Notes under the pieces: generated by a model
Databases searched by the model: none
Seen by the model: the letters and a program-made list of their open reading frames with translations, nothing else
Told to the model about the DNA's origin: nothing
Source of the DNA: Alphaproteobacteria bacterium
GTDB taxonomy: Bacteria; Pseudomonadota; Alphaproteobacteria; RF32; CAG-239
Assembly: GCA_015062535.1 (NCBI GenBank)
Contig: SUUK01000005.1
Span: 998-64,997, forward strand
Length of the DNA: 64,000 bases
Direction: 5' to 3'
In this document: one piece after another, positions 27,511-37,952 of the stretch
Layout of the letters: the number at the start of each line of letters is the position of its first letter
Numbering within the stretch: position 1 is the stretch's first letter
Program-made: the position numbers and the translations under genes

Positions 27511-28458
27511 TTATGGGAGGTATTTGCGTGGATTTACAGCTCTTTTTCCGGCACGAACCTCAAAATGAAGTTGCGGAGTGTTTACACTACCTGTTTTTCC
27601 AACAGTTGCTATTTTTTCTCCACGTAGTACTTTTTGGCCTTTTTTAACGTATATTTTATCGGCATGAGCATAGGCTGTGATGTAGCCATCTGAGTGTTTT
27701 ATAAGAACAAGATTTCCAAAACCTTTTAACTCATTTCCTGCATACGCAACAACACCTTTATCAGCGGCTTTTATGTTTGTTCCAAGTGAAGCTTTGATGT
27801 TTATGCCATCATTTTTACGACCTTTTCCAACAAAACCAAAGTTTGAAACAACAGAACCATTTACTGGCCATACGAATTTTGTTTTACGATATGTTGAAAC
27901 TTTTTTGCGAGGAGTTTTTTTAGCTACTTTGGTGCTGGATTTTGCTATATTTTTTGTATTAGCAACTTTAGTATTTTTAGCTGATTTTGGTGATGATTTT
28001 TTGAAAGAAAATCTTGATGAACCGCCTGATGTATCTTTAGTTGATGATGCGGATTTCACAATACTTCCAGGGAGCTCTAAAGCTTGCCCTACATTTAGGG
28101 AATATGGGGCTTCTAAATCATTTAGACGACTTAAAGAAGTGATATCTACATTATATTTTTTGGAGATTCCATATAGGGTTTCACCTCTTTGCACGATATG
28201 AGTTTTGCGATATGGTAATTTTAAGATTTGACCTTCGTTTAGAGCATAAGGAGCTGAAAGGTTATTTTCTTCAATTATACCTCGCAGAGGAACTTTATAT
28301 ATGCGAGAAATTTTGTAAAGTGTATCACCTTTTTGAACTTCTACACTTTGAGGGGTGAAAAAGTATCCATAATCATCATACAAAGGAATGCCGTTACTGA
28401 ATGCATAGCATCCAGTAAGTAGTGGCAATATTAAAAATATAAACCAGAACTTTTTCAT
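27511..28458 (-). CDS. LysM-domain M23 metallopeptidase (NlpD/EnvC-like) with signal peptide
   Basis: Two LysM motifs (GDTLYKISRIY, GETLYGISKKY) and a C-terminal M23 domain (HADKIYVKKGQKV...LHFEVR). Confidence 0.8.
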   Translation of the reverse strand: MKKFWFIFLILPLLTGCYAFSNGIPLYDDYGYFFTPQSVEVQKGDTLYKISRIYKVPLRGIIEENNLSAPYALNEGQILKLPYRKTHIVQRGETLYGISKKYNVDITSLSRLNDLEAPYSLNVGQALELPGSIVKSASSTKDTSGGSSRFSFKKSSPKSAKNTKVANTKNIAKSSTKVAKKTPRKKVSTYRKTKFVWPVNGSVVSNFGFVGKGRKNDGINIKASLGTNIKAADKGVVAYAGNELKGFGNLVLIKHSDGYITAYAHADKIYVKKGQKVLRGEKIATVGKTGSVNTPQLHFEVRAGKRAVNPRKYLP

Positions 28459-28598
28459 ATGTGTTCCTTTGTTTTTGTTATTAATTCTGTTTTACCTTTA
28501 AATACCTAAATAATCGTTAAAAAGCTTGATTTAGTTGCTTGATTTTTATATTTGATTACTCTATAAGTTAGCATTATTTAATTGAGGAATTTGCAATA

Positions 28599-30044
28599 AT
28601 GGGAAATAAACCTGAAATAATAGATGAAAGTGGCGACAATTACAAATTTGGTTTTGTAACTGATATTGACACTGAAATTGTACCTAAAGGGTTAAATGAA
28701 GATATTATTAGGCTTATTTCTCAAAAAAAAGAAGAGCCTCTATGGTTATTGGAATCGAGATTAAAAGCCTTTCGTAAATGGCAAACTATGGTTGAGCCGA
28801 CATGGGCTAAGGTTAGTTATGACAAGATAGACTACCAAGATTTGTACTATTACTCAGCACCCAAACAAAAAGTTGCTCCTCAAAGTTTAGATGAAGTTGA
28901 CCCTAAACTAATTGAAACATATAACAAGCTTGGCATTCCACTAAAAGAGCAAGAAGTTTTGGCGGGTGTTGTTGCGGTTGATGCGGTGTTTGATAGTGTA
29001 TCTGTTGCTACAACATACAAAGCACAACTTAAAAAACATGGAGTTATTTTTTGTTCTATTTCTGAAGCGGTTAAGGAATATCCTGACTTAGTTAAAAAGT
29101 ATTTAGGAAGTGTTGTACCTTATACTGATAATTTTTTTGCGGCGCTTAATTCTGCGGTGTTTACTGATGGGAGTTTTGTATATATTCCTAAAGGGGTTAA
29201 ATGCCCAATGGAATTATCTACTTATTTTAGAATTAATGCAAAAAATACGGGGCAATTTGAGAGAACGCTTATTGTGGCTGATGAGGGGAGTTATGTTTCT
29301 TATTTAGAGGGATGCACTGCTCCTCAAAGAGATGAAAATCAGCTCCATGCGGCGATTGTTGAGATTTTTGTTCATAAAGATGCGGAAGTTAAATATTCTA
29401 CGGTGCAAAACTGGTATCCAGGGGATAAAGATGGTAAAGGTGGTGTTTATAACTTTGTAACCAAAAGGGCACTTTGTGATGGTGAAAACTCAAAGGTTTC
29501 TTGGACACAGGTGGAAACAGGTTCGGCTGTTACTTGGAAGTACCCTTCTTGCGTATTAAAAGGTGATGGGGCTAAAGGGGAGTTTTATTCTGTTGCTCTT
29601 ACTAACAATCATCAACAAGCTGATACTGGTACAAAGATGATTCACTTAGGTAAAAATACGAGTTCTAGGATTATATCTAAAGGAATTTCAGCAGGATTTT
29701 CTGACCAAACATATAGAGGACTTGTTAAGGTTGCTAAAGGCGCAAGTAATGCAAGAAATTACTCACAATGTGATAGTTTGTTAATTGGAACTACATGTGG
29801 TTCGCACACCGTACCTTATATTGAAAATGGGTCTAAAAGTGCAATATTAGAACACGAGGCAACTACTTCTAAAATTAGTGATGAGCAATTATTTTATTGC
29901 AAGCAAAGAGGTATTGATGAAGAAGATGCCGTTGGCTTGATTGTTAATGGATTTTGCAAAGAGGTTATGCAAAAGTTACCTATGGAATTTGCTATTGAGG
30001 CAACAAAGCTAATTGAAATTTCGCTAGAAGGAAGTGTGGGGTAA
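28599..30044 (+). CDS. sufB: Fe-S cluster assembly scaffold SufB
   Basis: 481 aa with conserved SufB/SufD fold sequence. No sufC or sufD is adjacent. Confidence 0.85.
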   Translation: MGNKPEIIDESGDNYKFGFVTDIDTEIVPKGLNEDIIRLISQKKEEPLWLLESRLKAFRKWQTMVEPTWAKVSYDKIDYQDLYYYSAPKQKVAPQSLDEVDPKLIETYNKLGIPLKEQEVLAGVVAVDAVFDSVSVATTYKAQLKKHGVIFCSISEAVKEYPDLVKKYLGSVVPYTDNFFAALNSAVFTDGSFVYIPKGVKCPMELSTYFRINAKNTGQFERTLIVADEGSYVSYLEGCTAPQRDENQLHAAIVEIFVHKDAEVKYSTVQNWYPGDKDGKGGVYNFVTKRALCDGENSKVSWTQVETGSAVTWKYPSCVLKGDGAKGEFYSVALTNNHQQADTGTKMIHLGKNTSSRIISKGISAGFSDQTYRGLVKVAKGASNARNYSQCDSLLIGTTCGSHTVPYIENGSKSAILEHEATTSKISDEQLFYCKQRGIDEEDAVGLIVNGFCKEVMQKLPMEFAIEATKLIEISLEGSVG

Positions 30045-30048
30045 AAAA

Positions 30049-30074
30049 ACGCCAGCTAAATACTGGCGTTTTTG
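30049..30074. terminator. terminator acgccag-ctaaata-ctggcgt + T-run (bidirectional)
   Basis: Hairpin with an A7 run on the left and T5 on the right, between convergent sufB and the small minus-strand gene. Confidence 0.7.
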
Positions 30075-30370
30075 TTATCTATATCTGTAATATTGGGGAT
30101 TTGTATTTTGATTTCTTCTCATTTGGTAATTAGCATTTTTGCATGTATAAACTAAATTTCTTGAAGCTGCCCATTCACTAGATATCCTATCTTTTACCTC
30201 AAAACCTGAAGGACAATCTTCTTTTGCTTTTTTATAGCAATCTCCGATAGTTAAAAGGGTACTACCACAAAACGCCTCATGAACACTTGCCCCATTCTCA
30301 TCTGTATATAATATTCTTGAGTATGCACATGCTGTGCATAATAAAACCATCAATATCAATTTTTTTTCAT
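30075..30370 (-). CDS. small secreted cysteine-rich protein (98 aa; signal peptide MKKLILMVLLCTACA|YS)
   Basis: Internal ATG has SD ggagagg 8 nt upstream. The 44-codon track extension (to 30503) is low-complexity and overlaps a terminator hairpin. Confidence 0.5.
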
Positions 30371-30395
30371 CTATAAATCCTCTCCGTATTAATAA

Positions 30396-30426
30396 TAAAA
30401 AAATCGCCTTTAAAGAGGCGATCGGA
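30396..30426 (-). terminator. minus-strand terminator (stem tcgcctct/agaggcga, then T7 on the minus strand)
   Basis: The hairpin plus T-run read on the minus strand would end a minus-strand transcript coming from 30426..30710. Confidence 0.45.
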
Positions 30427-30710
30427 GAGTTAGAAAAATCATGTTTACCGAGATGACCGTTCAAGCCTTTAAAACTCGCAAAGGAGTTTCTGGACATGCG
30501 CAAGAACCTCCCCGACCATTGTCGGGGATATATTTATTGTTACCTTGAAATTAAAGATAACAATATAACGGTGTTATATCCTACACCGCGGTAAACTAAA
30601 GAGCTTTCTACGACTCCGAACCAACCTCTTGGTTCTAGCATAAATAAATTTATGCGTAGGCTTAGTATATAAGAGGATTTATTAAAAACAAGTAAAACTT
30701 TTAGACACTA

Positions 30711-30737
30711 AAAAAGCACCAATTCCGGTGCTTTTTA
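30711..30737. terminator. topA terminator aaaaagcacc-aattcc-ggtgcttttt (bidirectional)
   Basis: Perfect 6-bp GC-containing stem with A5 and T5 flanks, immediately 3' of topA. Confidence 0.75.
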
Positions 30738-30739
30738 TA

Positions 30740-33193
30740 TTATTTTGAGCCATCTATGATTTTTACAGCCTCTTCAAAAGTTAGGTCTTTTGTGACAACT
30801 CCTTTGGGGATGCGATAGTTGTTTTTACCGCATTTTAAGTACTCACCATAGCGGCCTGTTGCAAGCAAAATATCAGCCTTTAATTTTGGATGTTGACCTA
30901 ATGATTTTGCCTCTGGTTTTTCGGCTACATTTTGAAGCAACTCTTCTGCACGCTCTACGGTGATATTAAAGATATTATCATTGCCTGTTAGGGAGCGAGA
31001 TTTACCGCCTTGTTTAATGTATGGTCCGAACTTTCCTACATTAACAGTTATGCCGTTTCCGATATCTTTTGGAAGACTAACAAGTGTATCTGCGTGTTCA
31101 AAAGTAACCTCTTCTGGTGCGAGGAATTTTGGAAGAGCTATGCGCTTTGGCTTTTCAGTTAGTGCTGTTGCATCTTCACCTAATTGGATATAAAAACCAT
31201 AAGGTCCTTTTTTGAGATATACATTTAGACCTTGATGCTCACCAAGTAATTTATCTTCTGGATTTGGTTTCTTTTCGGTTGCGCTTTCTTCTTCATCTTT
31301 TACGTCTGTTAGTGGCATTGTATATTTGCACTCTGGATAGTTTGAACAGCCAAGAAATGCACCAAATTTACCAAGCTTGATACTTAAGTGACCTTTGCCA
31401 CATTCTGGGCAAAGACGAGGGTCTGAACCATCTTCTTTTTCTGGGAAAAGATGGTATGCTAGAACTTCATCAATCTTATCTATCACTTCACTTACTTGAA
31501 GTGGTTGAACTGCTTGAATGTTGTTATTAAACCTGGTCCAAAAACCTGTTAGAAGTTTTTTCCACTCCATTGAACCTGCTGACACATCATCTAGGAATTC
31601 TTCCATTTGAGCGGTGAAATCATATTCAACATATTTTTTGAAATAGTTTTCTAGGAATATGGTTACGATACGGCCTCTATCTTCTGGAATGAAACGAAGT
31701 TTTTCTACCTTAACGTATTTACGCTCTTGAAGAACTGCGATAATTGACGCATAAGTTGAAGGACGACCAATGCCTAATTCTTCTAGTTTTTTAACTAAAC
31801 TTGCCTCGGTAAAACGTGGAGGTGGAGTTGTGAAGTGTTGTTCTGGTTTGATAGCTTTTTTAGATACAACATCCCCTACTTCTACGTTTGGAAGAAGTCT
31901 ATTTTCGTCATCATCATCAGCATCATCTTTGCCTTCTTGGTATAGTTTTAAGAAACCATCAAAGGCTATTACTTGACCGTTAGCACGTAGTAGAATCTGT
32001 TTGTCTTTTGAAATGGAATCGATAACAACTCTATCCATAACCGCTGGTTCCATTTGACAGGCAACAGTACGTTTCCAAATTAGTTCATAAAGCTTGTGAG
32101 AATCCGCATCTAATTTTTCTTCCATTTTCTTTGGAGTGTTCATTATATCTGCTGGACGAATTGCCTCGTGAGCCTCTTGAGCATTTTTGGATTTGGTTTT
32201 GTATTCTTTTGGTTGTTTTGGAAGATAGTCTTCACCAAAGTATTTTTTGATTGCTTCACGACATGATGCGATTGCTTCTGCTGATAAGTTTACGGCGTCA
32301 GTTCTCATGTAGGTGATGAAACCTGATTCATAAAGTTTTTGTGCAACTTGCATTGTCTTTTTGGCTGGGAATCGAAGTTTACGTGCGGCTTCTTGTTGCA
32401 ACGTTGATGTTGTAAATGGAGGAGCTGGATAGCGATTTGCTTTTTTGCGTTCTATTTTTGCTATCTCAAAATCTTCTGCTTTGATTTTAGCTTTTGCAAT
32501 CTCTGCTTTTTCTTTTGTATTTATATCAAACTTTTCTAATTTTTTACCATCTAAATTTATTAGATGCGATGGAATTAGAGCATCTGTTTTTGTATTTAAA
32601 TCAACATCTATTGTCCAGTATTCTTCTGGTTTGAATTTTTCTATTTCCATTTCTCTTTCGCAGATTAAACGAAGAGCAACAGATTGAACACGACCTGCTG
32701 ATTTTGAACCTGGAAGTTTGCGCCATAATACTGGAGATAAGGTGAAACCTACAAGGTAGTCTAATGCACGGCGAGCCATGTATGCTGATACTAAATTATC
32801 ATCTATTTGACGAGGATTTTTAATTGCATCTGTTACAGCATTTTTTGTGATTTCATGAAAGACTACACGTTCAATTTTTTTGTCTTTTAACTTCTTTTTT
32901 GAATGCAATTCTTCTAAGATGTGCCAAGCAATGGCTTCTCCTTCTCTATCCGGGTCGGATGCGAGGACTAACGTATCACAATCTTTAAGAGATGTCATTA
33001 TGTCGGTCAAACGTTTTTTACCGCCAGAACTTAACTCCCAAACCATTTTAAAATCTTCGTTTGGGTCAACTGAACCATCTTTACTTGGAAGGTCACGAAT
33101 ATGTCCGTAACTTGCTAAAACTTTATAATCTTTACCAAGGTATTTATTAATTGTTTTGGCTTTTGCTGGTGACTCTACTACAACTAATTTCAT
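30740..33193 (-). CDS. topA: DNA topoisomerase I
   Basis: 817 aa with Toprim N-terminus, an active-site Tyr region, and a C-terminal zinc ribbon CPECG...GCSNYPECKY. Confidence 0.9.
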   Translation of the reverse strand: MKLVVVESPAKAKTINKYLGKDYKVLASYGHIRDLPSKDGSVDPNEDFKMVWELSSGGKKRLTDIMTSLKDCDTLVLASDPDREGEAIAWHILEELHSKKKLKDKKIERVVFHEITKNAVTDAIKNPRQIDDNLVSAYMARRALDYLVGFTLSPVLWRKLPGSKSAGRVQSVALRLICEREMEIEKFKPEEYWTIDVDLNTKTDALIPSHLINLDGKKLEKFDINTKEKAEIAKAKIKAEDFEIAKIERKKANRYPAPPFTTSTLQQEAARKLRFPAKKTMQVAQKLYESGFITYMRTDAVNLSAEAIASCREAIKKYFGEDYLPKQPKEYKTKSKNAQEAHEAIRPADIMNTPKKMEEKLDADSHKLYELIWKRTVACQMEPAVMDRVVIDSISKDKQILLRANGQVIAFDGFLKLYQEGKDDADDDDENRLLPNVEVGDVVSKKAIKPEQHFTTPPPRFTEASLVKKLEELGIGRPSTYASIIAVLQERKYVKVEKLRFIPEDRGRIVTIFLENYFKKYVEYDFTAQMEEFLDDVSAGSMEWKKLLTGFWTRFNNNIQAVQPLQVSEVIDKIDEVLAYHLFPEKEDGSDPRLCPECGKGHLSIKLGKFGAFLGCSNYPECKYTMPLTDVKDEEESATEKKPNPEDKLLGEHQGLNVYLKKGPYGFYIQLGEDATALTEKPKRIALPKFLAPEEVTFEHADTLVSLPKDIGNGITVNVGKFGPYIKQGGKSRSLTGNDNIFNITVERAEELLQNVAEKPEAKSLGQHPKLKADILLATGRYGEYLKCGKNNYRIPKGVVTKDLTFEEAVKIIDGSK

Positions 33194-33206
33194 TTCTCAT
33201 AACCCT

Positions 33207-34313
33207 TTAAGCTTTAGCTATTTTATTGCCCGGAAGACGAACAACTTTTCCCTCTAGTTCTAATTCCATTATTTGCATCAAAACATCTTCTGCAGGAGCG
33301 GATATTTGGCGAATTAGCTCATCTATATCAACACCTGTTTCTGACAATAATGATAATAGTACAGAATCAGAATCAACATTGCTTGCACTATCTGAATTAA
33401 TTTTGTTATTGTCAAGCGAATATTCAAATAATTCTGTTGTTTCAATTTTTTTAGGTTTGGTTGAAACAAATTCTTTTGGTGTAAAACAAAAGTTATCTAA
33501 GATGTCTTTATAAGTTTCAACAAAGATTGCTCCATCTTTTAGTAATTTGTTACAACCGGAGGTTCTGCCATCAAATGGTGCTCCTGGAATAGCATAAACA
33601 TCTCTTCCTTGTTCTAGAGCAAGATTTGCGGTAATTAATGAACCAGATTTCACTCCTGCTTCTACAACTAAAACACCTTTGCTCAAACCGGAAACTATGC
33701 GATTGCGACGAGGAAAATTTGATGCTTGTGGTTTTGTTCCTAATGGATAATCTGATATGATTAAACCTTTTTGTGATATTTGTTTATATAAAGAATCATT
33801 TTCTTTTGGATAAACAACATCTACTCCTGTACCAAGTACGGCGATTGTATTTCCGCCTACACTTAATGCACCTTCATGCGAAAGAGCATCTATTCCTCTT
33901 GCTAGACCAGAAACGATTGTTATACCTGATTTTGAAAGCTCAGCTGAAATGTTTTTTGCCATTTTGGTTGCACCTAAAGATGCACTTCTTGAGCCAACAA
34001 CTGCCAGAGCATTATCATCCTTTAATAGCTTAATATTTCCTAGTGCATAGAGTACTGGTGGACAATCTTCTATTTGCTTTAAGTTGTATGGATAATACTC
34101 GTCTTCTAAGGTGATAATTTTAACACCTTTTATCTCAGCTTTCATAAGCTCTTCTTCTGCCTTTTTACGACTAAAGAGCTCTCTTTTTTGAGAGAGCTCT
34201 GATAGAGCTTTATCTACATCTTGATATTGGTTCATTAACTTTTTGAAACTTATGGGACCAATACCAGATGTATTTATTAGCTGAATATATGATATTATTT
34301 TTTCTTTATGCAC
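33207..34313 (-). CDS. dprA: DNA processing protein DprA (Smf)
   Basis: 368 aa with a Rossmann-like DprA core (LAVVGSRSASLGATKMAKNISAELSKSGITIVSGLARGID). Conserved dprA-topA adjacency. Confidence 0.85.
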   Translation of the reverse strand: MHKEKIISYIQLINTSGIGPISFKKLMNQYQDVDKALSELSQKRELFSRKKAEEELMKAEIKGVKIITLEDEYYPYNLKQIEDCPPVLYALGNIKLLKDDNALAVVGSRSASLGATKMAKNISAELSKSGITIVSGLARGIDALSHEGALSVGGNTIAVLGTGVDVVYPKENDSLYKQISQKGLIISDYPLGTKPQASNFPRRNRIVSGLSKGVLVVEAGVKSGSLITANLALEQGRDVYAIPGAPFDGRTSGCNKLLKDGAIFVETYKDILDNFCFTPKEFVSTKPKKIETTELFEYSLDNNKINSDSASNVDSDSVLLSLLSETGVDIDELIRQISAPAEDVLMQIMELELEGKVVRLPGNKIAKA

Positions 34314-34932
34314 TTTTTTCTTCTTTTTTTAGTTTAATTTTGCTTTCTTCACCTTTTAACAATCTTCTGATATTTGCATGGTGGCGAACTATTACCAAGA
34401 TAGCAATTGCTGTGTACACATATGTATACTCACAAGATGGAGCTATAAAATATGCTGCGAATGGAACTAGAGCTGCGGCAGTTAAAGCTGATAGTGAAGA
34501 GTATTTAAATGTGAACGCCATTGCTAACCATATAACTAAAGCAATTACGGCAAGAGGCCAACAAGTCATCAAAATAAAACCAAATGTTGAAGCAACGCCT
34601 TTACCACCTTTAAACTTTAACCACACAGGAAAGTTGTGACCAAGAACACCTGATGCACCAGCAATTAATGATGCAAGAACAGAATGATCACCTGAAAAAA
34701 CTTTACCTGCAACAAATGCTGCAATACCTGCCTTAAAAGCATCACACAAAACAGTTAATAGCGCTAATTTTTTGTTACCTGTTCTTAAAACATTGGTAGC
34801 ACCAATGTTACCGGAACCGATTTTTCTGATATCTCCATAACCTGCCATACGAGTTAATATAAGACCAAAAGGAATCGACCCAATCAAATAACCAAATAAA
34901 GCACTAATAATATAAATCTGTTCTGATGACAT
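34306..34932 (-). CDS. plsY: glycerol-3-phosphate acyltransferase PlsY
   Basis: Membrane protein with IGSGNIGATN and HNFPVWLKFKGGKGVA motifs. Start set at MSSEQ, which has SD AGGAGA. Confidence 0.85.
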   Translation of the reverse strand: MSSEQIYIISALFGYLIGSIPFGLILTRMAGYGDIRKIGSGNIGATNVLRTGNKKLALLTVLCDAFKAGIAAFVAGKVFSGDHSVLASLIAGASGVLGHNFPVWLKFKGGKGVASTFGFILMTCWPLAVIALVIWLAMAFTFKYSSLSALTAAALVPFAAYFIAPSCEYTYVYTAIAILVIVRHHANIRRLLKGEESKIKLKKEEKSA

Positions 34933-35109
34933 ATCTTTTCTCCTAAAGTTCATTTGGGGTCATAATATATAATTCATTCAAAAATTCAACTAGTTTTGTA
35001 ATTAATTGTATATTTATCCTTATTTACACATTTTTGATAAAAAAAATAATGACAAAATTAATTAATTGATTAATATGGTAGCGAATAGTTTTTAGGCAAA
35101 GGGATTGTT

Positions 35110-35820
35110 ATGAGCAAAACTTATAAGAGAATACTTTTAAAACTTTCTGGCGAAGGCTTAATGGGGAACCAAGCTTTTGGTATTGATGAAAATGTATTAT
35201 CTATGGTAACCGATAGCATTAAAAAAGTTCATAGTAAAAAAATTGAATTATGTATTGTTATTGGTGGTGGAAATTTTTATAGAGGGGTGAATAATAAAAA
35301 CAAATATGTAGACCGCTCTATTGCTGACCAAGCAGGAATGCTCGCAACTATTATTAATGCCCTATTCTTAAAAAGTGCACTTGTTGCAAAAGGAATTAAT
35401 TGCGAAATATTATCTGGTGTTGATGCTCCACAAATTGTTGAAAGATATTCATATAGAAGAGCACAAGAATTGCTCAGCAAAGGATATGTAATCATTTTTG
35501 CGGGCGGCACAGGTAATCCATATTTTACAACAGATACAGGAGCAACCCTTAGAGCTCTTGAAACAAATTGTGATGCACTATTTAAGGCAACTCAAGTTGA
35601 TGGGGTTTATGATAGCGACCCTAAAAAGAATCCTAATGCCAAAAGATATGAAACAGTATCTTATGATGAGGTTATAGAAAAAGAACTAAAAGTTATGGAT
35701 ATGACTGCTATATCTATGGCTAGAGAAAACAATTTGGAAATTGTTATATTCAAACAAGAATCTGTAGACTCTCTTTCTAATGCACTAAAGAAAAAGAGTA
35801 ACTTTACAACAATTAAGTGA
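35110..35820 (+). CDS. pyrH: UMP kinase
   Basis: RILLKLSGE...GGGNFYRG motifs. Confidence 0.9.
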   Translation: MSKTYKRILLKLSGEGLMGNQAFGIDENVLSMVTDSIKKVHSKKIELCIVIGGGNFYRGVNNKNKYVDRSIADQAGMLATIINALFLKSALVAKGINCEILSGVDAPQIVERYSYRRAQELLSKGYVIIFAGGTGNPYFTTDTGATLRALETNCDALFKATQVDGVYDSDPKKNPNAKRYETVSYDEVIEKELKVMDMTAISMARENNLEIVIFKQESVDSLSNALKKKSNFTTIK

Positions 35821-35826
35821 GGCAAC

Positions 35827-36390
35827 ATGACTGATTTTAATGAAATAAAAAAAGACACTATTGAACGCATGGAAAAAACTCTCGACACCTTAAGAAATGA
35901 TTTTGGTGGTTTAAGAGCTGGTCGTGCTCATGCAAGTTTATTAGATAATATTATGGTTGAGGCTTATGGTAGCCTAACCCCTATTGCTCAAGTTGGTACA
36001 ATTAGTGTACCTGATGCTAGAACATTATCTGTTAGTGTTTGGGATAAGGGACTTGCTAAATCTGTTGAGAAAGCTTTAAGAGAATCTGACTTAGGCTTAA
36101 ACCCTGTTTCTGATGGTCAATTAATCCGTATTCCAATTCCACCTCTTTCTGAAGAAAGAAGAAAAGAACTTGTGAAAATTGCTGGTAAATATGCTGAGCA
36201 AAACAAAATAGCAATTAGAAACATCAGAAGAGATGCTTTAGATGAAGTAAAAAAACTTAAAAAAGATAATCTAATTTCTGAAGATGACGAAAAGAAATAT
36301 GGTAACGAAATCCAAAAACTAACTGACGAATCCATCAAAAAAATTGATGATCAATTAGCACAGAAAGAAAAAGATATTTTACAAGTGTAG
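35827..36390 (+). CDS. frr: ribosome recycling factor
   Basis: 187 aa with conserved RRF sequence (LRNIRRDA). Confidence 0.9.
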   Translation: MTDFNEIKKDTIERMEKTLDTLRNDFGGLRAGRAHASLLDNIMVEAYGSLTPIAQVGTISVPDARTLSVSVWDKGLAKSVEKALRESDLGLNPVSDGQLIRIPIPPLSEERRKELVKIAGKYAEQNKIAIRNIRRDALDEVKKLKKDNLISEDDEKKYGNEIQKLTDESIKKIDDQLAQKEKDILQV

Positions 36391-36395
36391 TTATT

Positions 36396-37103
36396 ATGGT
36401 TAAGGATAATTCGTGTAAGCATATTGCCATTATTATGGATGGTAATGGTAGATGGGCAAAAAAAAGAGGAATGCCTAGAACCTTTGGTCACAAAAAAGGC
36501 GCAGAAAACGTTGTTAACATCACTAGAGCAATGAAAGAATCTGGTGTAAAATATTTGACACTTTATGCCTTTTCTACTGAAAATTGGCAACGGTCTGAAG
36601 ATGAAGTAAAAGCTTTAATGGATTTACTTAGAGAATATCTCGATAAAGAATTTAAAGAAATCATGGATAACAATGTTAAACTCGTGTTTATTGGCGAAAG
36701 ATATATGCTATCTGATGATATTAGAGAAAAGATAGAATACTTAGAAAAAACATCTAAAGATAACTCTGATTTAACATTGTGCATTGCTCTTTCTTATGGT
36801 TCTAGACACGAAATTGTGAATGCTACAAAAAATATCGCAAAAGCTTATGCTAACAGGGAAATAAGTTTAGATGATATTACGTTTGATTTGATTTCAAACA
36901 ATCTTTACACGAGAGATATTCCTGACCCTGATATTCTTATCAGAACTAGTGGCGAACAAAGAATTAGCAATTATCTTTTATGGCAACTTGCTTATACTGA
37001 ATTATTTTTTACTAACACATTATGGCCAGACTTTAACAAAGATGAATTGATGGCTATTATTGAACAATTTAACAATAGGGAGAGAAGATATGGAAAAAAC
37101 TAA
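36396..37103 (+). CDS. uppS: undecaprenyl diphosphate synthase
   Basis: Contains HIAIIMDGNGRWA and other UppS motifs. Confidence 0.9.
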   Translation: MVKDNSCKHIAIIMDGNGRWAKKRGMPRTFGHKKGAENVVNITRAMKESGVKYLTLYAFSTENWQRSEDEVKALMDLLREYLDKEFKEIMDNNVKLVFIGERYMLSDDIREKIEYLEKTSKDNSDLTLCIALSYGSRHEIVNATKNIAKAYANREISLDDITFDLISNNLYTRDIPDPDILIRTSGEQRISNYLLWQLAYTELFFTNTLWPDFNKDELMAIIEQFNNRERRYGKN

Positions 37104-37929
37104 CCTAACATCTTTGCAAAAAAGAGTTTTAACATCACTTATAATGATACCTATTGCAATTGGAGCCCTTCGCTCTGGTCATCCTTATGTTGACATTCTT
37201 GTATTTATTGTTGGTGCAATGTTATCTTGGGAATGGTCTACGATGGTTCCTAACAAAAGACAGACGACTTATGCTGTTAGCTATATTTTTGCACTTGGTT
37301 GTTCATTAATGGTTTTTGATAGAACAGTTTTGTTCTTTACTCTCCTTTTGACTACTTTATTTATCTTTTTGAAAACAAAAGATGAAGAGCATCGCTATCT
37401 ATTAACACTTGGCGTGCCATATATTTCTATTGGTGTTGGCGCTTTGTATTGGATGTACTTTTTGTTTGATGCGTTCGCTAGCATTCCTGGTGAAAAAGGT
37501 AGCTTTGTGATGACACTTTGGTTTATACTTATGGTATGGAGTGTTGATATTGGGGGGTATGTTGTTGGCTCTTCTTTAAAAGGTCCAAAACTTGCACCAA
37601 GAATTAGCCCAAACAAGACTTGGTCTGGTTTAATCGGAGGGGTTATTTTATCTGTTTCTGTTAGCTTAATTTATATGTATGCTACAAAGAACGTTTTTGA
37701 TATAATTCTTACTGGCAGTGACCAACTTAAATTTGCACTTCTCGGCGCTCTTATTGCTATTGTTGCTCAAGTTGGTGACCTTGTAGAATCGTCTATCAAA
37801 CGTTATTTAGGCGTTAAAGATAGCAGTTCATTAATTCCTGGTCATGGCGGTGTTTTTGATAGAATTGATGGCTTAATCTTTGCAGCACCTATTATTTATT
37901 GTTATTTTTCATTGGTTTCTTTCAAATAA
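37090..37929 (+). CDS. cdsA: phosphatidate cytidylyltransferase
   Basis: Multi-TM protein. The C-terminal SSIKRYLGVKDSSSLIPGHGGVFDRIDG is the CdsA signature. Start set at MEKTNL, which has an SD. Confidence 0.85.
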   Translation: MEKTNLTSLQKRVLTSLIMIPIAIGALRSGHPYVDILVFIVGAMLSWEWSTMVPNKRQTTYAVSYIFALGCSLMVFDRTVLFFTLLLTTLFIFLKTKDEEHRYLLTLGVPYISIGVGALYWMYFLFDAFASIPGEKGSFVMTLWFILMVWSVDIGGYVVGSSLKGPKLAPRISPNKTWSGLIGGVILSVSVSLIYMYATKNVFDIILTGSDQLKFALLGALIAIVAQVGDLVESSIKRYLGVKDSSSLIPGHGGVFDRIDGLIFAAPIIYCYFSLVSFK

Positions 37930-37952
37930 TTTTATAAAGGAAATAAGAGATT

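Noticed and set aside
30371-30503. 44-codon N-terminal extension of the small secreted protein ORF.
   Set aside because: The internal ATG has an SD and begins a textbook signal peptide. The extension spans a terminator hairpin and is low-complexity.
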